From Octopus sinensis (lineage: Eukaryota): a stretch of 64,000 nucleotides of DNA. The position numbers were made by a program, and so were the translations under genes. Position 1 is the first letter of the stretch. Every line of letters starts with the position of its first letter. Shown here piece by piece: positions 52,791-64,000 of this stretch. The stretch lies in the NCBI RefSeq assembly GCF_006345805.1, contig NC_043005.1, forward strand, positions 58,900,001-58,964,000, read 5' to 3'. The notes under the pieces were generated by a model. It had not been told where the DNA came from. It searched no databases and worked only from the letters and a program-made list of their open reading frames with translations.

Positions 52791-54063
52791 AATGCAGTCG
52801 GAATGAATTTTGAGTAACCATTAACATAATTTAATTTACTTTAAGGTATCAATAACTTAAAATTACTTTTAACTTCCCCATTCTTACAAACATCAAGTAG
52901 ATAGTTAACTCACTTTGTGATCATGAGTGCACCAAACCTCGCATGTGCATATGATCACATTTACATGAATGCTTGTATGAGCGAGTGTACTCGCACTATG
53001 CAGCTTGCCCAAGGGCATTTATACATCCATATATATTAACAGTTATTTTCAATACTTTTCTCACTGTATTGCATGTTCGTTTCTCTTTTTCTCCATCTGT
53101 GATTTTATTTTTGATCTTCTATATAAATGAAGATATTTCCTCCGTCTGGCTGTTTTTCTTTCTACAAAATGAGAAGTTACACTGCAGAACTGTTATTTTA
53201 ATGAGTTGTATCTATTTATCACCCAATGAGATACATCTGCACCACCAGATGCTCCTGAACAAGTTCTTGAGTGTCCCACCCATGAGGAAACGATTCTAGA
53301 TGTGTCGAACCAATTGTCGTGATTTTCTCATATATTCCAACTTTGGTCTTTCATTTGCCATAAAAATATGTGGGTGTGTGCACACACGTGTGTGTGTGTG
53401 TGTGTGTGTGTGCATTTTAGTGTGTGTGTGCATTTTAGTGTGTGTGCTTTTGTTTGCATTTGTTTCCATCATTTGCTTGACAATCAGTGTAAATTCGTTT
53501 ATGATCCATCCTTCCCCTGGCCACAACTTAGCAGCTTAGCAAAAACAATTGTGTGAATAAGTACTAGACTTTATAAAAAAGAAGAAAAATACTCGGGTTG
53601 ATTTGTTTGGGAAACACTTCACTATTGTGTTTACCTGTCCCATCACTGAAACAAGTAAATGATAAAAAGTAAAATGCATGTGTGTGTGTGTGTGCTGACA
53701 TGGGATAAAGTGGTGAAATATGATCTTCAGTTGTTGAGTCTTACGGAGATGGTGACAAGTCAGAGACATATGGCAATCTGCTGTGTTTGAGAAGACACAC
53801 GTCATGTTGAATGAAGTTGTAGTCATGGCCAGCACTGGTGACGTGTAAGAGGCACCTGTGCCAGTGACATGTGAAAGGCACCTGTGCTGGTGACACATAA
53901 AAGATAACCTGTACTGGTAACACATATAAGGCACCAGGTACACTCTGTGGAATGGTTGGTGTTAGAAACCAAGCCAAAACAGGCTGGAGTCTAGTGCATT
54001 TACTTGGCTAACCAGTTCCAGCCAAAGTGTCTAAACCACACCAGCATGAAAGACAGACAATAA

Positions 54064-54096
<33 letters not shown>

Positions 54097-54229
54097 TATG
54101 AATATGTGTGTATATGTATGTATATATGCATGTATGTATGAATGTGCATATGACTGCATGTATGTATGTTTGTATATCTTTTTGCCAATGTATGAAAATT
54201 CCTTGTCACTCTTGTCATCCGCAAAAGCG

Positions 54230-54505
54230 GTAAAGCTGTGATTGTCTTATTAGGAACTTGCAAGCAAGAACTCTAATAATATTCACTGATCGCAACATAA
54301 AATATATAAATCAAATAAATAAACGCATAAATATAATAAAGCACATCATTATGCAGTCGCATTATATAATTCGATACCCAAAGGTGTTTTGTATGCAACA
54401 GTTTCAGAGACATGGACGTCAATTCATGGCAAGCAAATTTTTTTTACCACTCAAACGATTTGTGTTTGAAATAGAATTCGGAGTAAATTACGCTGTTTCG
54501 GTGTA
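54230..54505. promoter_or_regulatory. Unique CpG-enriched segment; possible promoter or first exon
   Basis: About twelve CpGs in non-repeat sequence immediately upstream of a strong + strand acceptor. Confidence 0.3.
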
Positions 54506-54609
54506 ATTACATTGCATTATATTGGACCACAAATAATTTTATTTATTTATCTATTTATTCATTTTATTTTATTTACATTCTCTTTCTTTTTTTCTTTTTT
54601 TTTTGTTAG

Positions 54610-54748
54610 AATCCTTAGAGTAAGACCTTCAAGAGGACTCATTACAAAAGGACACCAAATCTGTATTCTGAGATTCTCTCCACAAGAAATTAAGAAATAT
54701 CACGAAGAGATAAAACTGTCCTTCAATAATTGTCAGAAACTTTATCGG
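54610..54748 (+). CDS. Internal exon encoding an ASH/Ig-like domain segment resembling CFAP65-type ciliary proteins
   Basis: Long poly-T acceptor and CGG|gtacgt donor; 139 nt, phase 2-0: ILRVRPSRGLITKGHQICILRFSPQEIKKYHEEIKLSFNNCQKLYR, fitting the V-x-P-x-x-G-x-I..F-x-P pattern. CFAP65 similarity is from memory only. Confidence 0.6.
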
Positions 54749-55392
54749 GTACGTTTCCAGTTCATTCTCTGCAATTGCTTTCACATGAAAGCATTCAAAT
54801 CATTTCTGAATCTGTGTGTTTGTTGTTGTGTTGTTGTTGACCTTGGATTAGCTCTGATTCAGCAGACCTATAATCAAAGATGTTCAAACCATGATGATGC
54901 TGTCTATTATTTTTTTTTCTTCAGGCAGATTATTCCCTGAGCTACATCTTTTAATGTGGCATTCTTTCATTTTCAAGGTAGTAGCGATACAGTTTGAGGA
55001 GATTTGGTTGCTATTTCTAGCAAGTAGTACTATGAGTAGAATGCTTTCTCATTGACTTCAACCAGTAAACTGTTGAAAGATTTTCATTGTTGTTGCTGTT
55101 GTTTAACTCTCAAGTCAGCCTTGATCAAGAAAACCATGATTAAAGGCTTTCCAGCCATGACCAGCATGTCCTTTTGCATACATACGTCCATCGATCCATC
55201 CATCCCTACTACAGATTCAGTCCATCACTGGAACTGTAAAAATCTGTAAAACTTTCCAGAAGTTTAGCATTGAAATATATATGAGCATGTCTAGATATAC
55301 AACTATATGCATAAGAAAACATACATAAGGCAAAACATACAAATCTGCACATATAAATACATACATATATGCATACATACAAACAAAAATAC

Positions 55393-55472
55393 CCTGTTGT
55401 TGATGTTGATATTCCAATGAAGGATCCTTGGATCTAGGTTAGAAACCAGCTCTTTCTCTATAGGCAAGAAAT
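55393..55472 (-). CDS. Candidate 80-nt exon, copy 1 (DFLPIEKELVSNLDPRILHWNININNR)
   Basis: tttatttcaag acceptor and AGG|gtattt donor conserved in both copies; no indels between copies. Confidence 0.4.
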
Positions 55473-55834
55473 CTTGAAATAAACTGAATAATGACATACA
55501 TAAGAAAAGAAAATGCCTACGCCGAACTATTGAAGAATTTACAGCTATTCTATCCAGATTAGAAGTTCAGGTTTATACCTGTAAATACTGGGGCGCTATG
55601 ATATATAACACACTGTCTAAATACCAGTCTTGAAAAGTTAGGCTTCTCGAAACCAGAAAGGAGATGACTACAGATCCAAGCCATCACTGGAACTGTAAAA
55701 ACTGTAAAACTTTCCAGAAGTTTATCATTTGAGTATATATGAGCATGTCTAGACAGGGAAGTATATGCGTGAAATGACATTCATAAAACAAAACAGACAA
55801 ATCTGCAGGTATACATACATACATACAAAAATAC

Positions 55835-55914
55835 CCTGTTGTTGATGTTGACATTCCAATGAAGGAAGCTTGAATCTAGGTTAGAAACTAGTTCTTTCTC
55901 TGTTGGCAAAAAAT
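55835..55914 (-). CDS. Candidate 80-nt exon, copy 2 (DFLPTEKELVSNLDSSFLHWNVNINNR)
   Basis: As for copy 1; 9 substitutions between copies, 4 of them synonymous in this frame. Confidence 0.4.
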
Positions 55915-56179
55915 CTTGAAATAAAACCGAACAATGACATACATACATACATACATACATACATACATACATACATACATACATACATACATACATACAT
56001 GTATATATACATACATACAATGTTGAGGAGAGGAGTGGGACAAGTCAATTACATCAATCCTGGTGCTTGGTTGGTTCTTTATTTTATTGACTTTGAAAAG
56101 ATAACAGGCTAAGTCATTCACCCATGGTGCAATTTGACCCAGAAGTGACCCAGAAGACCCAGAAGACATATTGTAAAGC

Positions 56180-56314
56180 CTTTCATCCTTTCAGGGTCGA
56201 TTAAATAAGCACTAGTTATGCACAGGGGGGGAGGTCGATGTAATCGACTTAATCCCTTTGTCTGGCCTTGTTTGTCTCCTCTATGTTTAGCTCCCCGTGG
56301 GGCACTAAAGAAAT
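56180..56314 (+). mobile_element. 5'-truncated family B SINE with a 12-bp TSD
   Basis: atattgtaaagc at 56168-56179 and 56315-56326. Confidence 0.8.
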
Positions 56315-57164
56315 ATATTGTAAAGCATTTTTTTCTCACACACTTGCAATTCTGCCAGTTTGCCACATGTCATTCCTGTGGTTTTATCTGGTATTGAGAT
56401 ACATCTCGTTATGTTTTCTCACTGGAAAAACTATCAAAATGATAGTTCAAAGTTTTACCTATTACCAGTCTTATGTGTCAGGGTGTGAATGTTCGCTTAT
56501 GCAAATGTGCCTCTCTATATAAGTGTCTTTTTCTCTTTGTAAATCCCTTTGTTTAAAAATCTGTTAAAATTTCATGGGGCAGGGGGGCATAAATGTTGCT
56601 ACCATCTCTAAATAGACTGCTCCTACCACTGATGCCATGTTTATATAAGAGGCATTTTTCTTTATGTGCTTATCATTTTTTAAAATCCGTTAAGATTCCA
56701 TGGGGCAGGGCATAAATGCTGCTACCACTTCCCTAGGAACCACCTCCTGCCACTATATCAGTTAATGTGATGTTTACAAATATTGTTTTGAAAACTGTCT
56801 GATGATAAAATAAGTTTTTCATTCAAAACATGAATCTTTTCTTTTTCCCTCCTTTTAACAAAGGTAAGATAATAAGAAAAAATCTCGTTCCCTTTCTACC
56901 TAACAGGTCCATATAAACATGACATAACAAAACATCCAATTCAGAAAGTAATCTGATATTTTTTTTTCAGAAATTCATGAGCTCATGAAAGTCATGCCTG
57001 TCACACAGGCAATTCTAATAACAACAAAAACGCAAAAAGAAAAAAGAAAAAAAATGAACCAACAACAACAATAATATTGATTTAGTTTGTTTACCACAAA
57101 GATGATGAAGGAAAATATATTACAAAGACAAAATAAAAATGTTAATATTGATATTAATAACAAT

Positions 57165-57990
57165 CGTTTCTACTATAGGCACAAGGACTGAAATTTAAAA
57201 GGAGGGGACTAGTCAATTACATCGACCCCAGAAGTGAACTGGTACTCATTTTATCAGCCCTGATAGGATGAAAGGCAAAGTCGACTTCAGTGGTATTTGA
57301 ACTCAGAACATGAAGATGGAGGAAATACTGCTAAGTATTTTGCCTGGCGTGGTAAAGATTCAGCCAGCTCACTGTCTTTGGTTTAAAATTTTGCTACATG
57401 GACAGCACTTTTAGTGGGAAGGGACTAGTCGCTTACATTGATCCCAGTGCTCAACTGGTACTTATTTTATTGGTTCTGAGAGGATGAAAGATAAAGGTGA
57501 TCTCAGCAGAATTTGAACTCAGAACGAAATGATAGTCGAAATACCTATTTCTTTATTACCCACAAGTGCGTAACTGGTACTTATTTAATCGACCCCGAAA
57601 GGATGAAAGGCAAAGTCGACCTCGGCAGAATTTGAACTCAGAACGTAGCGGCAGACGAAATACTGCTAAGCATTTCGCCCAGCGTGCTAACGTTTCTGCC
57701 AGCTCGAAATACCATTAAGCGTTTTGTCTGGTGTGCTAAAAATTCTGCCAGCTAGCCACCTTATTGATATTAATAATCCTTTTTACTGGAAGCACAAAGC
57801 CTCAAATACGTGGGAAGAGATTAAATCGATTACATCGACCCCAGTGCAAAACTGGTACTTACTTAATTGACCCTGGAAGGATGGAAGGCTAAGTTGACCT
57901 CAGTAGAATTAGAACTCAGAATGTAAGGACGGATGAAATACTGCTTAGCATTTTGTCTGGCATGCTAATGATTCTGTTAGCTCACCACAC
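57165..57990 (-). mobile_element. Cluster of about four family B SINEs, one nested with a 10-bp TSD
   Basis: Young copy at 57546-57703 flanked by tcgaaatacc (57536-57545, 57704-57713). Confidence 0.8.
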
Positions 57991-58798
57991 CATCATCCTC
58001 CTCCTCATCATCATCGTTTAACGTCTGTTTCCCACACTGGCATGGGTTAGATGGTTTGACTGAGGTCTGGAAAGCCAGTGGCTGTGCCAGGCTCCAAACT
58101 GATCTGGCAATGATTCTATAGCTGGATGCCCTTCCTAATGCCAACCACTCCGAGAGCGTAGTGGGTGCTTTTTATGTGCCACCAGCACAGGAGCCAGTCA
58201 GGGGGCACTGGCATCGGCCATGTTCGGATGGTGCTTTTTATGTGCCACTGTCACGAGAGCCAGTCAGATGATGCATTTTACATGCCACCAGAATGGGAGC
58301 CAATCAGGGTCCACTGGCCACAGCTACGATTTTGGTTTTACTTGACTCAACAGGTCTTCTCAAGCATATATCGTCCGATGCTGCACCATGTGCTAGTCTG
58401 ATTTGGCATGGTTTCTATGGCTGTTTTGCCCTTCTTAATGCCAACCACTCCAAGAGTGTAATGGGTGCTTTGTACGTGTCACTGGCATGGCTGCTTATCT
58501 GTGTCACCAGCATGGGTGCTTTTACGTACATGGGTGCCAGTTATGAAACTCCAATGGTTTAAAATTTTGGCACAAGGCCAGCAATCACAGTGGAGGTCTC
58601 TAAGTTAATTACATCAATGCCAGTACTCAACTGGTCCTTATTTTATTGATCCTGAAAGGATTCAAGGCAAAGTTGACCTCAGCATAATTTAAACTCAGAA
58701 TGTAAAGATAGATGAAATGCTGTGAAGCATTTTGCCTGGTGTGCTAATAATTCTCTCAGCTCACCACCTTAATAAGAATTATAATGATAATAATATTA

Positions 58799-59583
58799 AT
58801 AACAGGAGCACTCAGAGAGTGCAAACCTCCACCAAGGCAAAACCAACGTCCTCTCAGTAATTAGCCAGAGATGATTTTTAAAATGAGAATATCTGAAATA
58901 AACTCGACTGCTTTCATGAACGAGAATACGAAAAATGAACCTGACTGCTCTCAAAAATTAGGCGTAGGAGTGGCTGTGTGGTAAGTAACTTGCTTATGAA
59001 CCACATGGTTCTGGGTTCAGTCCCACTGTGTGGCACCTTGGGCAAGTGTCTTCTACTATAGCCTCGGGCCGACCAAAGCCTTGTGAGTGGATTTGGTAGA
59101 CGGAAACTGAAAGAAGCCCGTTGTATATATGTATGCATATATATATATATGTATACGTATGTGTGCATGTGTGTGTCTGTGTTTGTCCCCCCAACATCAC
59201 TTGACAAGCGATGGTGGTGTGTTTACATCCCCGTAACTTAGCAGTTCGGCAAAAGAGACCAATAGAATAAGTACAAGGCTTTCAAAGAATAAGTCCTGGC
59301 ATCGATTTGCTCGACTAAAAGGTGGTGCTCCAGCATGGCCACAATCAAATGACTGAAACAAGTAAAAGAGTAAAAGTAAAAAAAGCAGGAAAAATAATCC
59401 AGAATCCTTGTCCAGTACCGGATTAATCCCAAAATTTAATTCGTTTGTGTCAGTTATGAGGCCAAATATTCCTGCAAGTTTCATTTGAATCTATCCAGCA
59501 GTTCTCGAGATATCTTGTCCATGGACAAACAAACGAATACAACTGCAAACAATACCTCTGCCTTCGCTGAGGTGGAGGTAATA
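58799..59583 (+). mobile_element. Helentron-associated HINE-like element interrupted by a family A SINE (58962-59375)
   Basis: 5' subterminal acctccacc and 3' hairpin acctctgcc-ttcgctga-ggtggaggt; T/A-rich flanks. Confidence 0.55.
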
Positions 59584-59859
59584 ATGAATTTAAGCTGGCA
59601 TGTTCAAAATAAAACAACACACAAAGATAAAAAAATTTCTCTCTTTCTTATGGAGAATTAGTATTTAAGAATAGATATATTATAGAATTAATATCTATTA
59701 CAATAATGAAATTATGATATGTCTGTGTAAAAAAAAAGCTCGCTATGGCTAGACGGGTGGATTTTAATCTGAAAAATCAATCACCGATTCATGCGATAAA
59801 CTAGTTAACCATCACATCAAATATTCGAGGAAATGAGATTTTACAGAAATAATTTCATC

Positions 59860-60920
<1,061 letters not shown>

Positions 60921-61661
60921 ATGTAGCTGTGGTAGGGGAAATTTTGGTATTTTGCAAGTCTGGTATTTTCATACCAATTCTTAAGTAACTAATGCACCAA
61001 ACAACATTTTGAGATTTCGTCATTGTGTAATTGATTTTGCTCGTTATCACTTGATAAACGTTACTAGAAATAGAAGAAACTGAAGAGCAATGAACTAAAT
61101 AGTTTAGAGTATGTTATGCAATTTTTCTAATTCCTTGTTTTGAGTTCATATTCTACTTCTATATAATTTTGTCATTTATCCTATCTGATTCTAGAATAAA
61201 TAAATGTGTAGAAGTGGCCATGTGGTAAGAAGTTTGCTTTCCGATCACATGGTTCCAGGTTCAGTCCCACTGCATGGCACCTTCAGCAAGTGTCTTCTAC
61301 CATAGCCTCAGGCCAACCAAAGCCTTGTGAGTGGATTTGGTACATGAAAACTGAAAGAAACCCATCTTATATATATATATATATGTGTGCTCTACATTTT
61401 AAAACTGATGTAATATTTGCATTGTTCAATTAAATGGAGTCGCATGAAGCAATCGTACTGCATTACCTCTGAATATCCTTGTTGCTTATTTTGATTATAA
61501 TCACCCCATTTTGAATTATATGGATAATACCAAACTAAATTCTGGTGCCTTTAACTTAAGTACCATATTCAACTGAATCTAAATTTTACTGAACTTATAT
61601 AGCCATGATAGATCGCTAGCTACTACATACATTTTTTTCTCTCCTTGTTTTTTTCTGTGTA

Positions 61662-61699
61662 TCTTTCTGTCGAAGAGCATAGGCTCGAAACGTAAAAGA
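61662..61699 (+). ncRNA. Variant minimal hammerhead-like motif in a Penelope-type short repeat
   Basis: TCTTT-CTGTCGA-A-GAGC[ATAG]GCTC-GAAAC-GTA-AAAGA: stems I and II pair, but the core has U at the normally invariant A6. Confidence 0.5.
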
Positions 61700-62232
61700 C
61701 TTTTTCTATTCCTGAGCACTATACTAATACATTTGTTTGTTTGTACACCACCTGCCTTCGTCTTTTGTTTATTTTCATAAGCTTTCCCTTTATATATATA
61801 TATATATTTGTGTGTCTGTGTTTGTCCCACCCACCCACCATCACTTAGCAACTGATGCTGGTGTGTTTTTGTGTGTGTAGTTTGGAAATCTACTACTAAA
61901 TTTAGAGTCCTACATAGATTATTATAATTAAGTCTGTTTTAGTGCAAGTGGGTTGGCTGTTACTTTACTAGTATTACTAGTTACATACAGAACAAATGTA
62001 GGAAATGCTATGATAAATATGGGTTTCTCTCTTCTTTTTCCTCCTCTCATTCCACCATCATGGCTGTTTGAAACTGTGCATTGGATGTTGTTGCACGTGC
62101 ATTTGAATACTTGACTATAATTGTCTTCAGGGAACACTTCATGGCTTTATGTTACAGAGAATTAATGTCTGAAGTTGGAAAGATGGTTAGACATCTTGTA
62201 AGTTATTATGAGAGGGAATTGGAAAGAAAACA

Positions 62233-62272
<40 letters not shown>

Positions 62273-62913
62273 TGAGACAAAGAAATAAAAGAAAGGTAGA
62301 GAAGACAGGAAAGAGAAAGAATAGAGAGAGAAAGAGAGAGAGAGAGAGAGCATGTGAGAGAAAGACAAGACTGTGATTGAAGAAAGAAAGGCAAGACTGA
62401 ATGAGACAACAATAAAAGGATAAAAAGCAAAAATGCAAAAATTTATAAATAGGAAATATACAAATAAAAAAATAAAAGTAATAAAAAAGTAAAAAAATAA
62501 TTCATAAATAAACCTTATATATATACATATATATATACATATATATATAGACATATATATTTATTTGTAGATAGATAGATATAGCTAAATAGATAGATAA
62601 ATAGATAGAGAGGTAGGTAGGTAGGTAGGTAGACAAATGAATGGATGGATGGAGGGATGGATGGATAGATGGATGGATAGATGGGTGGATGGATGGATGG
62701 ATGGATGGGTGGATGGATGGATAGATAGATAGATAGATAGACAGAAAATTTACACTTGGAGCATCTACTTCAGAATTTCCAACAACTACAATTATGAAAA
62801 CGTACATAAGAGCAACTGTTATAAATGTGTGTTTATTGTAATACATATATACATATGTGTGTGTGTTTGTGTGTGTGTGTTTGTGTGTTTGTGTGTTTGT
62901 GTGTATGTGTGTG

Positions 62914-62956
<43 letters not shown>

Positions 62957-62969
62957 ACACATATATATA

Positions 62970-63775
62970 CAAGGTGTGAAGGATAAATTGTCACCATTTT
63001 ATATTTTTGATTTCACGCATACACATTGTTTATTTTTGATTTTGTTGACTAGACAGTATAGTAGGGTCAGTTGGGCACCATCTGTTAGAAAAACTGTACC
63101 ATGATGCAATTCACTCGGCCAGAAATTTGGGAACAAAATGCTGTAGTGCTTGGCATTCAAGCCGGATGCCACAATATGAACATTTCAGACTGTTTGAGTG
63201 TCAATCTGAGGACAGGTACCGAGAGTGATAAAAATCAAACATCCAGTCAACATCTTGGTGTTTAGGGATATCTCTGACATGGCCTCAGAATCAACATCGA
63301 GGCCTACATCAAGTGCCTGGAGGAGATAGTACTGCCCTGGTCAAGAAGGTGACTGCTGGAAGACCCTATGTCTGGCAACAGGACTTTGCACCATACCACA
63401 CAAGCAGAAGAACCTGTCATGTCTGTCAGACAATTTCCGTGACCACATCACACCTAACATTTGGCCATCTACCTCCCCAGACTGCAACCCCCTTCATTAT
63501 TATGTGTGGGGCTCCTTGTAACACCAAAGAGGAACTGGAAGCAAGTATTAGGGCTGCATTCACCAACTTAAACAAGGAAACTGTCCAGAAGAGTTGCAGA
63601 ATATTCCAAAGCCAATTGGAGGCTGTGGTTAAAGCCAATGGCAATTTTATTGAATAAATTTACTCTTTAGTATTTCAAGATATTTTTATGTAATTTTGAT
63701 AATTATATCTGTTGAAATGAAATGTCAGTGATTTTTTCATTTTTATGTAGTTTAGACGGCAGCTTATTCACTGCG
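62970..63775 (+). mobile_element. Internally deleted DD37D (maT/mori-like) Tc1/mariner element
   Basis: TA|caaggtgtgaagg start; MMQFTRPEIW.., then INIEAYIKCLEEIVLPW..RPYVWQQD..WPSTSPDCNPL(H)YYVWG..EAVVKANGNFIE*; the right TIR is degraded. Confidence 0.85.
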
Positions 63776-64000
63776 AGAAATTGTTTTGTTAGCTTGTTAT
63801 GTACTTCTGTTTTTTTTATTTGCTATAGAAGGAACCCACAACATTTTTTAACCTGGTAATAGCAGTCAAATCTACCTCAAACTGCATCATGTCATTAAAA
63901 AAATTACAAAATAAAAACCACACTGAATAATTTAGTTCTAAAAATAGCAAAAGAAAAATGTGATAGTCACAATTTGAATATTATTCTTTGTATGTCTGCC

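Larger units (their letters stand above)
55209..55944. repeat. Diverged ~280-290-bp duplication (55209-55501 and 55668-55944)
   Basis: Two conserved blocks in each copy, separated by indel-rich microsatellite-like spacers. Confidence 0.9.

Noticed and set aside
55464-55700. + strand continuation of the CFAP65-like gene (acceptor tctttctctatag; ..LQLFYPD*KFRFIP..LQIQAITG), with stops rescued by A-to-I editing
   Set aside because: It has four in-frame stops in ~80 codons, about the random expectation; editing would give Trp at positions where it is not expected, and the similarity is probably over-fitting.

Overview
AT-rich, repeat-saturated eukaryotic DNA, intronic or intergenic in character. 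The SINE landscape (tRNA-headed SINEs, Ceph-domain/RTE-tailed SINEs, dense TA/GATA/AAT microsatellites) points to a coleoid cephalopod, most likely an octopus; this is inference, not a database match. Most ORFs in the supplied track are microsatellite artefacts. Clearly supported elements: (1) a complete but dead IR/DR-type Tc1 (DD34E, 1158-2798) nested in an older TIR element; (2) a full-length decayed mariner (DD34D, 12721-13993); (3) an internally deleted DD37D/maT element (~62970-63775); (4) fragments of Dong/R4-like, L1/Tx1-like and Penelope retroelements; (5) mariner, piggyBac and palindromic MITEs, a Helentron-type HINE and dozens of SINEs. Host-gene evidence is limited to isolated exon candidates. 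The best is a + strand exon (54610-54748) with an ASH/Ig-like motif resembling CFAP65; several - strand candidates have good splice signals, including a tandemly duplicated 80-nt exon. The most interesting signals are Penelope-type minimal hammerhead ribozyme motifs in three different short repeats (one a tRNA-headed SINE forming a head-to-head palindrome), a non-coding element that appears to target (TAA)n like Dong LINEs, and the duplicated exon pair. Coordinates were read by eye and may be off by a few bases, more for degenerate repeats.
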